DNA of 64,000 nt from Bacillota bacterium. GTDB taxonomy: Bacteria; Bacillota; UBA994; UBA5500. Location: NCBI GenBank assembly GCA_050949085.1, contig JBMNFB010000009.1, positions 245,095-309,094 on the forward strand. Reading direction: 5' to 3'. Positions within the stretch are counted from its first letter, which is position 1. Each line of letters opens with the position of its first letter. Position numbers and translations under genes: made by a program. Below are positions 1 to 9,207 of the stretch, one piece after another. The notes beneath the pieces were generated by a model, which had not been told where the DNA came from, did not search any database, and was given only the letters and a program-made list of their open reading frames with translations.

Positions 1-1002
1 CTCGGTTTCCAGGATCTCAAAGATCCGGGTCACAGACACCGTGGCCGATTGCCAGACGTTGTACACCTGGGAGAGATCGCGAATCGGCATGAAGAATTGC
101 TGCATGTAGTTGATAAACGCATAGACGGTTCCGATGGTCAGCACCCCAGCCTGCACCTGCCGGCCGCCGTAGAGAATGATGATAAAGATACCGGCAGCGC
201 CAACGAGTTCCACCGCTGGACCGAACAGCGCATTCAAGCGCGCTGCCTGCATGTTGGCCTGCATGTTCTCCGCATTGGTGGCATCAAAGATCTCCATATT
301 AGTGCCTTCGCGGCTGAACGACTGCACGACCCGCACACCCGAGATGCTTTCCTGCAGATTGGCGTTCACCGAGGCGATCTTGCGGCGCACCATGTGGTAG
401 GCCAGGCGGATCCGCGTCCGGAACTTGGTCGCCAGCAGAACCAGCGCCGGCATCACCAGGAATGTCAAGAGCGCCAGTCTCCAGTTCATAGCCAGCAGGA
501 TGCCTACGATCCCAGCCAAGCGGAAGACGTCGTTGACCACATTGATAATGCCCGAGGAAACCAGCTCGGTCAGGGCGTCAACGTCATTGGTAACGCGTGA
601 CATAATCCGCCCTGCCTCGTTGCGATCGAAGAAGTTGAACGAGAGCCGCTGCAGATGCTCAAACAGCCTTTGCCTGATGTCAAAGATGATGTTCTGGCTA
701 GCCCAGGAGATGCAATACGTCTCCCCGTAGGTGCCGACCCAGCTCATGATATAGACACCCACGTAAAGCAGCGCGATACGGGTCAGCCCGGCCAGATCGC
801 CTTCCGGAATGTACTTGTCAATGGCGCTGCGCATCAGCTGCGGAGTATAGAGGCGGATGGCGGACACCATCAGCATGAAGAACATGCCGGCCAGCAGAAA
901 GCGCCAGTAAGGGCGGACATGTGGCCAGATGCGCCTTACTACCTGTGCGTCGACCTTGACATCAATCGCATCTGCATCAAATCTGCCGTGATGGCCACGC
1001 AT
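1..1002 (-). CDS. ABC exporter permease/ATPase subunit (partner of the upstream half-transporter), truncated by the left window edge
   Basis: ATG at 1002 overlaps the upstream TAA (TAATG). Manual translation begins MRGHHGRFDADAIDVKVDAQVVRRIWPHVRPYWRFLLAG, an ABC transmembrane type-1 domain. Not in the ORF track because it runs off the edge. Confidence 0.9.
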   Translation of the reverse strand, partial: MRGHHGRFDADAIDVKVDAQVVRRIWPHVRPYWRFLLAGMFFMLMVSAIRLYTPQLMRSAIDKYIPEGDLAGLTRIALLYVGVYIMSWVGTYGETYCISWASQNIIFDIRQRLFEHLQRLSFNFFDRNEAGRIMSRVTNDVDALTELVSSGIINVVNDVFRLAGIVGILLAMNWRLALLTFLVMPALVLLATKFRTRIRLAYHMVRRKIASVNANLQESISGVRVVQSFSREGTNMEIFDATNAENMQANMQAARLNALFGPAVELVGAAGIFIIILYGGRQVQAGVLTIGTVYAFINYMQQFFMPIRDLSQVYNVWQSATVSVTRIFEILETE

Positions 1003-2756
1003 TAGCTACCACTCCTTTCCAGGGAAGCCGTCTCCTGCTGCCGGAACTGCATTTCGTAGATCTCGGAGTAGATGCCGCCAGCCTGCAGCAGCTCCTCGTG
1101 GGTACCCTGCTCGGCAATCTGACCCTGATCAAGAACAATGATCTGATCTGCATTCTTGACGGTAGAGAGGCGTTGAGCAATGACAAACGTCGTACGGTTT
1201 TTCATCACTTCCTCCAGGGCTAGCTGAATCTGATATTCGGTCTCGGTATCAACGCTGGACATCGAGTCATCCAGGATGAGAATCCGGGGATCGGTCAGCA
1301 GAGCTCGGGCAATGGCCACGCGCTGCTTCTGTCCGCCCGAGAGGCCTACCCCGCGCTCGCCCACCAGGCTGTCGTAGCCTTCCGGCAGGCTGACGATAAA
1401 GTCGTGAATGCGCGCGGCCTTGGCGGCGGCGATGATCTCGTCCATGCTGGCGTCCTGCCGGCCGTAGGCAATATTCTCTTTCAGCGTAGCCGAGAAGAGG
1501 AACGTCTCCTGCAGGACGATGCCGATGGGGCGCCTGAGGGACTTCAGCGTAATGTCGCGCACGTCGTAACCATCCACCGTCACCCTGCCTGAGGTGACAT
1601 CGTAGAATCGGGGGATCAGATTGATAACCGTGCTCTTCCCAGAACCGGTGGCCCCCAGTAAGGCAATAGTCTGCCCGGGTTTGGCTTCGAGACTCAGGTC
1701 CTTAAGAACCAGCTCCTTGCCATCATAGCTAAAGGAAACGTTCTCAAAACGCACATGCCCAACCATCTCAGGGAGATCAATGGCTCCTGGGGCGTCCTGA
1801 ACCTCAGGTTCGGTATCGAGGATCTCAAACACGCGCTCTGATGCTGTCGAAGCCTGAGTATACATATTCACCAGCCAGCCCAGCATCCGCACCGGCCCCA
1901 TCAGCCGCATCAGAAGCGAGTTAAAGGCGATCAACTGGCCGATGGTCATGGTGCCCAGAATGATGGAGCGACCGCCGTACCAGAGGATCATCGTGCTGCC
2001 AACCCCGGTGATGAACTGCATCAGGGGGAAATAGAATGCCCAGAGCCTAACGGTACGGATATTTTCAGTCAGGTAGACGTGGTTGCGCTCCCTGAATTTC
2101 TCCACTTCCCGGTCCTCCTGCGCAAATGCCCGCACGATGCGAATCCCGGTGACGTTCTCCTGCAGGACGGTAGTCAGATCCGCCATCAACTGCTGGATCA
2201 TGCGATAGCGAGGTCTGACCCGGGTGTTGAACATACCCACCGCCCAGCCCAGGAACGGTGTGGTAGCGAGAGACAGCAGGGTCAATCGCCAGTTCATCTG
2301 CAGCATGACCACCAGAACAAAGAAGAAAGTCAGCCCACTGTTTATCAGGCGCATGGTGCCGAAACTGACAAAACGGCGCAGCCGCTCCACATCGGCCGTT
2401 GCCCGGGACATCAACTCGCCGGTCTGAGCCTTGTCATAGTAGCTAAAGGAAAGGTGTTGCAGATGATTATAGATATCGTTGCGCACGTCATAGATGGTGT
2501 GCTGGCCAACCCATTCCATCGACACCCGTTCCAGATAGCTGATAATGCCCTGAAGGAGGGCAACGCCGATGACAGCCAGCGCCATCCAGATCAGCAGATG
2601 CCAGTTGCCTTCCTCGAAAACGTAGTCAAAAGTCCACTGGATGATCTTCGGCTGAGCCATCGTCAGTGCAGTACCTGCCACCATCAGCAGGAGGACAAGC
2701 ACAATGCGCTGCCAGTAGCGCAGGGCGTATCTGTATAAGCGCTTAACAGACTCCAT
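1002..2756 (-). CDS. ABC exporter permease/ATP-binding protein (type IV, degenerate-site subunit)
   Basis: 6-TM domain, GATGSGKST Walker A, LSGGQKQR signature, Walker B ILDD (E to D) and IAQR switch (H to Q). RBS GGAGA precedes MESVKR. Confidence 0.93.
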   Translation of the reverse strand: MESVKRLYRYALRYWQRIVLVLLLMVAGTALTMAQPKIIQWTFDYVFEEGNWHLLIWMALAVIGVALLQGIISYLERVSMEWVGQHTIYDVRNDIYNHLQHLSFSYYDKAQTGELMSRATADVERLRRFVSFGTMRLINSGLTFFFVLVVMLQMNWRLTLLSLATTPFLGWAVGMFNTRVRPRYRMIQQLMADLTTVLQENVTGIRIVRAFAQEDREVEKFRERNHVYLTENIRTVRLWAFYFPLMQFITGVGSTMILWYGGRSIILGTMTIGQLIAFNSLLMRLMGPVRMLGWLVNMYTQASTASERVFEILDTEPEVQDAPGAIDLPEMVGHVRFENVSFSYDGKELVLKDLSLEAKPGQTIALLGATGSGKSTVINLIPRFYDVTSGRVTVDGYDVRDITLKSLRRPIGIVLQETFLFSATLKENIAYGRQDASMDEIIAAAKAARIHDFIVSLPEGYDSLVGERGVGLSGGQKQRVAIARALLTDPRILILDDSMSSVDTETEYQIQLALEEVMKNRTTFVIAQRLSTVKNADQIIVLDQGQIAEQGTHEELLQAGGIYSEIYEMQFRQQETASLERSGS

Positions 2757-2780
2757 GTTGTCGGTTCTCCTTTCCCGCAA

Positions 2781-3062
2781 CTAAATCGGTTCTTCTACTT
2801 CCTGTTCGTCCTCCGGTTCAGCCGATTGCAGCTGATCGAGCAGCTGTTCCAGTTGGCTGACCTCTGTCAGCCGATCGCTGACCAGGCGGCTGACAAAATC
2901 GGCTCTGACGAGCAGCAGTCCCGCCTGACGTGGGCGACTGAAAACCATCAGTTTGTCACCCATCTTGATATCGTAAGCTTTGCGTGCTTCTGCCGGGATC
3001 ACTACCTGTCCCCGTTCGCCGACGGTAGTTGCCCCTAAAAAAGTGCCCCGCAGGAGCTTCAC
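2781..3062 (-). CDS. AbrB/MazE/SpoVT-family DNA-binding protein
   Basis: TTVGERGQVVIPAEARKAYDIKMGDKL swapped-hairpin motif; RBS GGGGGTG. Confidence 0.88.
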   Translation of the reverse strand: MKLLRGTFLGATTVGERGQVVIPAEARKAYDIKMGDKLMVFSRPRQAGLLLVRADFVSRLVSDRLTEVSQLEQLLDQLQSAEPEDEQEVEEPI

Positions 3063-3144
3063 TGGAAATCACCCCCCTTTAAGCAACAGCGTATACCTGG
3101 ATGTCCAGGCCAGAGCCCATGAAAAGTATGAAATGTCTGAGCTG

Positions 3145-3173
3145 ATTGTACGAAAATCCTCCTGCAATGTCAA
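3145..3173 (-). promoter_or_regulatory. SigA-type promoter of the abrB-like/ABC operon
   Basis: TTGACA-17 nt-TACAAT on the minus strand. Confidence 0.8.
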
Positions 3174-3231
3174 GGTTTCTAGGGAAAAAGATTTTGTTAC
3201 CAAAAGATTTATCGGTAAAATCAAGGGAAAC

Positions 3232-3263
3232 AAAAAAAGGACACGGTTTTTTCGTGTCCTTCT
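3232..3263 (-). terminator. Intrinsic terminator after the yvlD-like gene
   Basis: AAGGACACG/CGTGTCCTT stem followed by a T-run on the minus strand. Confidence 0.75.
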
Positions 3264-3279
3264 CATACCTATGCAGGCA

Positions 3280-3624
3280 CTAGTCAGTGATGCGGTTGAC
3301 GATAGCGCCGAAGAGGCTCAGCAGCATCGCCGCCCAGACACCTGTCCAGAAGCCATGCACCGCAAAACCGGGAGAAAGCCAAGCGGTGATGTGCAGCATG
3401 ATACCGTTGATAATAAACGTGAAGAGTCCTAGCGTGAGCAGATTCAGCGGCAGCGAAAGGATGATAAAGAGAGGGCGCACGAGGGTGTTGACCACGCCCA
3501 GCACTGCCCCGGCTACCAGTATGGCCAGGTCGCTGCTAAACTCGAGGCCCGGCACCAGCCAGCGGGCTATTAACCAGAGAGCAACAGCGTTCACCAGCAC
3601 CCGCCACCAGAATGTTCTTCGCAC
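3280..3624 (-). CDS. YvlD-like 4-TM membrane protein (phage holin superfamily IV)
   Basis: LGVVNTLVRP..LSLPLNLLTLGLFTFIINGIML motif; GGAGGT RBS before GTG. Confidence 0.88.
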   Translation of the reverse strand: MRRTFWWRVLVNAVALWLIARWLVPGLEFSSDLAILVAGAVLGVVNTLVRPLFIILSLPLNLLTLGLFTFIINGIMLHITAWLSPGFAVHGFWTGVWAAMLLSLFGAIVNRITD

Positions 3625-3651
3625 GAATCCACCTCCTGACTTCATACCCCA

Positions 3652-3834
3652 CTACTGGCTATCGGGGATCACGATCCAGGCTAATAGATAGAAAGCAACC
3701 CCAGTAAAATAGACCAGAGCCAGCAAACCCCATATCAGCCGCACGATAGTTGGATCCATGCGGAGGTATTCGGCGATTCCACCACACACCCCACCGAGCA
3801 TCCGATTCTGCCTGGACCTCACCAACTTGCGCAT
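3652..3834 (-). CDS. PspC domain protein (YvlC-like)
   Basis: LVRSRQNRMLGGVCGGIAEYLRMDPTIVRL..YLLAWIVIP. Confidence 0.92.
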   Translation of the reverse strand: MRKLVRSRQNRMLGGVCGGIAEYLRMDPTIVRLIWGLLALVYFTGVAFYLLAWIVIPDSQ

Positions 3835-4136
3835 CGCACTACCTCCCCTGATCCGCAACATCTTCTCCCTCTATTATACTACAGCAGCGAGTCCGAAGGA
3901 CTCGTGAGCTAGTCGAGGGCTGACCTTCTCGACTTCGCTCGTGAACAATTGGGCTGTCGCAGCAGCGAGCATTCCTCGGCCAGGGTACGCCCCTGGCATA
4001 GCGATGCCGCCAGTTCGCGCCTCCAGCGAAACGAGACGGGGAGCAACAGACTCGCCCGCCTCGCACCTTCGCATTCCTTCAACGTACGCCTGACCGCCAG
4101 GCCTGCGTGAGTGATAACACGCCGTTCTGGCGCAGT

Positions 4137-4514
4137 TTACTCGACGTAAACCTCTACCTGGGTATCCCCGTCCTGAACTTCCACCAGTTTTCCGGTAGCG
4201 CCGGCCTGGATAGCATCCATCAGCTGCTGGAGGTCGACGTCCGACAGCGAGCCACTCATGACTCCCTCCGGGATGAACTTCATCCCGAGCTTGAGGGCAA
4301 CCTCAATGAGAGCGATCGGCAGGTTGACGTTGACGTTGGTGCCACCCTCTTCAATCACGCGTACCCGCAGGAACTTGGCACCGCTGGCCGCTGCCGCGCG
4401 GGCCGCCGGCCGCGATGTCGGTTCGTCCACTGCCGCCAGCAACTTGCTGGCCTCCTCCACCGTAATCTTACCGTCCTGCACCATCTTCAGAATCGCGGTT
4501 CTCTCCGTATCCAA
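4137..4514 (-). CDS. SHOCT-like domain protein (YvlB/DUF2089-associated)
   Basis: ERTAILKMVQDGKITVEEASKLLAA SHOCT-like helix pair plus KFLRVRV..VNVNLP; GGAGGAG RBS before TTG. Confidence 0.8.
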   Translation of the reverse strand: MDTERTAILKMVQDGKITVEEASKLLAAVDEPTSRPAARAAAASGAKFLRVRVIEEGGTNVNVNLPIALIEVALKLGMKFIPEGVMSGSLSDVDLQQLMDAIQAGATGKLVEVQDGDTQVEVYVE

Positions 4515-4581
4515 ATTCGCTCCTCCTTGCTTTTCAGATTGATCCTGGTTTGGCGCCAAACCATTCAGAATCGCTGCTTTC

Positions 4582-4610
4582 ATTATACGGCGCCACCTTA
4601 TTGATGTCAA
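4582..4610 (-). promoter_or_regulatory. Consensus SigA promoter
   Basis: TTGACA-17 nt-TATAAT with an upstream A/T-rich UP-like tract. Confidence 0.85.
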
Positions 4611-4698
4611 TGCCCATTTTAATTTTTTTAACCCCAAACTTGAATTTTTGCAGGCGGGCCTGTCCCGCCGGCAAAAACAAAGACGAGCAACTGCTCGT

Positions 4699-4995
4699 CT
4701 AGATCAAACGGACTGAGACATCAACCTCCCCAGATTTGACGTCGACCAGGTGAAACGATCCGGCTGCCCGCAGCGCAGCAAACAGCCGCGGGACGTCCTG
4801 CAGAGCGAAATCAATCTGGGGCAGTGTCCTGTTCAGGTCTTTTTTCCAGCGGAAATGAAAGCGGTCGAGCCAGCGCCAGATGCCGATGCATGATTCCAGC
4901 AGATCCTGGACGACCCAGGTGGCCATCGGAATCACCCAGCGCCGCTGCCCGGGCAACCGAATCGTGCAGATCAGCAGGACGTTCGGACGGTTCAT
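4699..4995 (-). CDS. Hypothetical protein (DUF2089 operon)
   Basis: 98-aa ORF starting 11 nt after the DUF2089 stop; C-terminal LVDVKSGEVDVSVRLI resembles the tail of the neighbouring SHOCT protein. Confidence 0.65.
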   Translation of the reverse strand: MNRPNVLLICTIRLPGQRRWVIPMATWVVQDLLESCIGIWRWLDRFHFRWKKDLNRTLPQIDFALQDVPRLFAALRAAGSFHLVDVKSGEVDVSVRLI

Positions 4996-5006
4996 CTGCG
5001 ACCACC

Positions 5007-5387
5007 CTAACTCATGGACTTGAGCAGCTTCACTGCCTCTTCAGCACTGAGTTCGCCTCTGGATAGCTGTTCCAGTACCTCTTTGCGTTGCTGGCTGTAG
5101 TCAGGCCGAGGTGCCTGCTCCACGTGGTAGCCCAATGCTTCCAGAACATTATCCAGACGGCTGCGCACCGTCGGATAGGATATCCCCAGTTCGCGTTCCA
5201 CTTCCTTAATGTTGCCCCGGGAGCGCAGGAAAACTTCAACAAACGCCTTCTGTTCCGGCGTCAGACCGCAAAAGCGGCAGCTCTCGAAATCGCCGCTGAT
5301 CTTTGTCTCACAATAGTGACAGGTCAACTCTGTCACGGCCAGTTTCTTACCGCATATTGGACAAACTCCGGGTACCGGATAACCCAT
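5007..5387 (-). CDS. DUF2089 family protein (Zn-ribbon + HTH + SHOCT-like)
   Basis: CPICG..CHYC, FLRSRGNIKEVERELGISYPTVRSRLD, C-terminal LEQLSRGELSAEEA. Confidence 0.9.
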   Translation of the reverse strand: MGYPVPGVCPICGKKLAVTELTCHYCETKISGDFESCRFCGLTPEQKAFVEVFLRSRGNIKEVERELGISYPTVRSRLDNVLEALGYHVEQAPRPDYSQQRKEVLEQLSRGELSAEEAVKLLKSMS

Positions 5388-5416
5388 ATTTAGCCCTCCT
5401 CAAACTCGTTGACCAT

Positions 5417-5448
5417 ATTATACTCATTCTTGATGAACTTATCAAGAA
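5417..5448 (-). promoter_or_regulatory. SigA promoter with overlapping inverted-repeat operator
   Basis: TTGATA-17-TATAAT; TTCTTGAT-N6-ATCAAGAA inverted repeat at 5427-5448. Confidence 0.7.
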
Positions 5449-5468
5449 AATTGAGGCCCGGGTTAGCA

Positions 5469-6419
5469 TTATTCATCTATGCGCTGATCGGCTCGCCGGT
5501 TGCGCTGCTGCACCCGGATATCTGTTCCCCAGAGCATCAACGGCTTACAGATCTCTCCGAGACGCGAGTTGATGCGTTCGGAGTAGCGTTGAGCGATCTC
5601 GCTGCCCAGGGTGAGGTTGGAGGAGATGACCAGCGGCAGACGTTCGTTGCGCCGGTAATTGACGATGTCAAACAGCCGGCTGACCGAAAAGTCGGTCACG
5701 TGCTCAGCGCCCAGGTCATCCAGAACCAGCACCGGCACCTCGCGCGCCATCTGTATCAACTCATCCTCGGAGAAGCTGCTGCCGCCTTCAAAACTGGCTC
5801 GAATCTCGGCGATCAGATCAGAAAAAACCATATACAGAGGCACGATGCCATTCTCGGCCAACGCATGACAGATAGCGCTGCAGAGAAACGTCTTGCCCAA
5901 GCCACTGCGGCCGCTGATAAACAGCCCAGTAGCCGAATGCAGATCCTCCATCACCTCGGCAACAAATCGCTGGGCGGCATAGAGAACCCGGGCAGCGTTT
6001 TCGCGCTCACTGTACCCTAGTGGTGTCTCCCGCTCCGAGTACCACTCCAGGCTAAAGCGGTCAAATGTCTGGTCACGCAGGCGGCGCGGCAGGCGGGCCC
6101 CCTGGAAGCGACGCTCGAGAATCCGCTGCTGCTGGCAACGGCAAGAGCGCCCCTCGACGATGCCGGTGTCCAGACAGAGGGGACAATCCCACTTGGGCTG
6201 AGCGAAGTCCGCAGGTATCCCGTGTTGTATGAGGTAGTCCTGGCGTTGTCGCTGCAGCTCCGCCAATTCACTCTCCACGCTGCCGCGATGGAGGGCCTTA
6301 TCGATGTGCAGCGAGATCAGCCGTTCCTCAATCTGGCGTAGGTGCGGATGCCGTGCCAGAACCTCTTCATATTGGGCTCGCGCAGCCAGCAACTTCTCTT
6401 GGCGAAGGGCCTCACTCAC
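5469..6419 (-). CDS. DnaC/DnaI (IstB-like) helicase-loader ATPase
   Basis: CPLCLDTG..CRC Zn motif, GRSGLGKT Walker A, LVLDDLGAE Walker B, ISSNL; stop/start overlap with the dnaD-like gene. Confidence 0.88.
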   Translation of the reverse strand: MSEALRQEKLLAARAQYEEVLARHPHLRQIEERLISLHIDKALHRGSVESELAELQRQRQDYLIQHGIPADFAQPKWDCPLCLDTGIVEGRSCRCQQQRILERRFQGARLPRRLRDQTFDRFSLEWYSERETPLGYSERENAARVLYAAQRFVAEVMEDLHSATGLFISGRSGLGKTFLCSAICHALAENGIVPLYMVFSDLIAEIRASFEGGSSFSEDELIQMAREVPVLVLDDLGAEHVTDFSVSRLFDIVNYRRNERLPLVISSNLTLGSEIAQRYSERINSRLGEICKPLMLWGTDIRVQQRNRRADQRIDE

Positions 6420-7198
6420 TTGGGATCATTTCCTTTCTGGGTAGGCGGTAGACGATACAGCTCTAGATCATCCCAGGGATTAGCCGTCTTGGGCTGTGCC
6501 TTCTTGCTGCTCCGCCGGCTCCGGGCTGATTGCTGACCGCCCTGCTCTGTATAGCGCTCGGCCTGAAAACGATTGCTCACGCCGGCGGCTCGCCAGTTCT
6601 CCAGGATCCGGCTGACATAGGCCAGATTGACTTTTTCGTTATACACCGCCAGCTCCAGCGCATACTCCACCAACTCGCGCGAAAACTGCTGTTCCAGTTC
6701 CAGCACCTTCGCCAGTTCGGTGGGACTCAGAGGGCGTCTGAGCTCCTGCTCAAAAACCTCAATCAGAGTCCATTGGCGACGCTCCTGTTGCAGGGCCTGT
6801 AGCGCTGCTCCGGCAGAGGTCAGCGAATCATCCAGCGGACGCATCGTCTGTTGCACTGGATGATAGTCGCGCACCATCTGCTTGAACTCCTCGGCCGATT
6901 TCGGTGCGGCCAGAGAATAGCTCTCATCGGAGTTGGGTACGACCAATCTGAACTCCTGCAGCCGGGCCCAGGCCTCATTGCTGGCAGCCAGAGACAGCCC
7001 GAGAGGAGCACAGACCTCCGCTTGCCAGGTAGCCCCGCTGGGACTGGTTACCTCGTGTCTGGCCATGCGCTGTAGGTAGCAGTAAAGCAGCGCGGCAGTG
7101 GGACCGATGTAAGGCAGGTAGCAATCCCAGAGCTCGTCATAGATGATGCTGAAGTCCTGCCGTTCGTTCAGCGGATAGACCGTATTTGCCTTGCGCAA
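6416..7198 (-). CDS. DnaD domain protein
   Basis: N-terminal YLPYIGPTAALLY wHTH-like region; C-terminal FEQELRRPLSPTE..AYVSRILENW DnaB_2 motif. Confidence 0.85.
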   Translation of the reverse strand: MRKANTVYPLNERQDFSIIYDELWDCYLPYIGPTAALLYCYLQRMARHEVTSPSGATWQAEVCAPLGLSLAASNEAWARLQEFRLVVPNSDESYSLAAPKSAEEFKQMVRDYHPVQQTMRPLDDSLTSAGAALQALQQERRQWTLIEVFEQELRRPLSPTELAKVLELEQQFSRELVEYALELAVYNEKVNLAYVSRILENWRAAGVSNRFQAERYTEQGGQQSARSRRSSKKAQPKTANPWDDLELYRLPPTQKGNDPK

Positions 7199-7281
7199 AG
7201 GACACACCTCCCTCAGCAAGTCCGCCAGGACTTGCTCATCTGACAGCGTTCGACAATATCTGATTCCACAGGGGAACGGCC

Positions 7282-9129
7282 TTAACCTTCTCGGTCCGGT
7301 TCCCCTGCCTCGCGCAGAAACAGGTAAAGCCGTTCTGCCACCGTGCGAGGTATGCCCGGCACAGCAGCCAGCTCCTCCAGCTCGGCAGCTCGCAGCCGTT
7401 TCACCGAGCCAAACGCTTTCAGCAACGCCTGGCGCCGCTTAGCGCCGATGCCAGGACAGGACTCCAGCCAGGATGCCGTCAGTTGTCTGGAGCGCAGCTG
7501 GCGATGATAGGTCAGGGCAAAGCGATGGGCCTCGTCCCGGATGCGCTGTACCAGAAAGAGGCTCTGCGACTGCCGCGGCAGCTCGATCGGCTCAGGCCGC
7601 CCTGGCAGGAAGAGCTGATCAGCAGGTTCGGCCAGGCCGGCCGTAGGGATAAAGCCGAAGCCCAACCGTTCCATCGCGCGGCGAGCTGCAGAAAGCTGCC
7701 CCTTGCCGCCGTCGATGATAATCAGGTCGGGCAGATCAGCGAACTTCTCGTCGTCCAGCCTGACGCGGTTAAAGCGCCGGGCCAACACCTGCTCCATCAT
7801 CGCAAAGTCGTTGGGACCCTCGATCCCCCGAATCTTGAAGCGGCGATATTCCTGCCGGGCCGGTTTGCCATCCAGCATGACCACCATCGAGCCGACTGCC
7901 TCGGTGCCGGAGATATTGGAGATGTCGTAGCACTCGATGCGCCGCGGCGGTGCCGTCAACTCCAGATGGGTGGCCAGCTCCTGCAAAGCCGATTGCAGCA
8001 GCTGCCCCTCATTGAGCACCCTGGCGAGGCGCTCCTCCAGGGCCGCCGCTGCGTTCTTCTCCACCATCTCCACCAGTCGCTTCTTTACACCCCGCTTGGG
8101 TGTGGCGAGGCTGACCTTACCGCCGCGCTGGCGACTGAGCCAGTCGACCATCACGGACGCATCGTCGGCCGGCGGTTCGGCCGAAAGCAGGATCTCCCTC
8201 GGGATGGAGAGCGCAGTACCGTAGTATTGCTTGATAAAGGCGGCCAGCACCTCACCGCTGGGCATGTCCTCGGTGCCGGAGAGGAAAAAGTTATCCCGCC
8301 CGATGGTCTTGCCTTCGCGCACAAAGAAGATGCTGACACACGTTTCCTCTACCCCGCGGGCGAGAGCGATCACATCCCGGTCTTCCAGACCGGCCGAGAT
8401 CATCTTCTGAGTCTCCATGATCCGCTCGACTGAGTTCAGTTGATCGCGCAACTCGGCCGCCCGCTCAAACTCGAGGTTTGCGGCCGCCTGTTCCATCTGC
8501 TCCTGCAAGCGGGCCGTCAGATCCTCGTAGCGCCCCGAAAGGAACATGTCTACGGCGTATACGACTTCCAGATACTCATCCCGCGACACCGTCCCGGTAC
8601 AGGGCCCGATGCAGCGTTTGATCTGCAGATTGAGACAGGGCCGCCCCCGCTTCTCCCCATCCAGAGGCTGCTTGCAGGTGCGCAGCGGGAAGAGGCGCCG
8701 GATCAGCTTGAGCGTCTGCCGCATGGAGTTGGCGCTGGGGTAAGGGCCAAAGTATTTCGCTCCGTCTTTCTGGATACGGCGGGCCACCAGGAGCCGCGGG
8801 AATGTCTCCTGCATGGTCAGCTTCAGGTACGGATAATGCTTGTCGTCCTTGATCCGGATGTTGTACCAGGGCTGATGTTGCTTGATCAGGTTGCTCTCCA
8901 GAATGAGGGCCTCGACTTCGTTATCGGTGATGATCGTCTCCAGATCAGACACCTTTTCCACCAGAGCCCGGACCTTGACGGTGTGTTTTGCGCCTGGCTG
9001 AAAGTAGGAGCGAACCCGATGCCTGAGGGAAACCGCTTTCCCCACATAGATGATCCGCCCGTGCTTGTCCTTGAAAAGATATACGCCTGGCTGGTCCGGA
9101 AGCAGTGCCAGCTGATCAGCTATGGACAT
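7282..9129 (-). CDS. uvrC: Excinuclease ABC subunit C
   Basis: GIY-YIG (PGVYLF..IYVGKA), UVR domain, RIECYDISN, IDGGKGQ, RDEAHRFA, HhH. Confidence 0.97.
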   Translation of the reverse strand: MSIADQLALLPDQPGVYLFKDKHGRIIYVGKAVSLRHRVRSYFQPGAKHTVKVRALVEKVSDLETIITDNEVEALILESNLIKQHQPWYNIRIKDDKHYPYLKLTMQETFPRLLVARRIQKDGAKYFGPYPSANSMRQTLKLIRRLFPLRTCKQPLDGEKRGRPCLNLQIKRCIGPCTGTVSRDEYLEVVYAVDMFLSGRYEDLTARLQEQMEQAAANLEFERAAELRDQLNSVERIMETQKMISAGLEDRDVIALARGVEETCVSIFFVREGKTIGRDNFFLSGTEDMPSGEVLAAFIKQYYGTALSIPREILLSAEPPADDASVMVDWLSRQRGGKVSLATPKRGVKKRLVEMVEKNAAAALEERLARVLNEGQLLQSALQELATHLELTAPPRRIECYDISNISGTEAVGSMVVMLDGKPARQEYRRFKIRGIEGPNDFAMMEQVLARRFNRVRLDDEKFADLPDLIIIDGGKGQLSAARRAMERLGFGFIPTAGLAEPADQLFLPGRPEPIELPRQSQSLFLVQRIRDEAHRFALTYHRQLRSRQLTASWLESCPGIGAKRRQALLKAFGSVKRLRAAELEELAAVPGIPRTVAERLYLFLREAGEPDREG

Positions 9130-9182
9130 CCGACTCACCCCCCTGATCATTTAAGCTAATTATAGCATGCTGCCCGATAAGG

Positions 9183-9203
9183 AAAGGGGCCGTGTGGCCC
9201 CTT
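9183..9203 (-). terminator. Hairpin after uvrA
   Basis: AAGGGGCC-GTGT-GGCCCCTT. Confidence 0.55.
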
Positions 9204-9207
9204 AGGT

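Noticed and set aside
3280-7198. Holin-family gene plus DnaD/DnaC suggesting a prophage, or IstB suggesting IS21
   Set aside because: No integrase, structural genes or istA are present; YvlD-like and dnaD/dnaC genes are ordinary chromosomal Bacillota genes.
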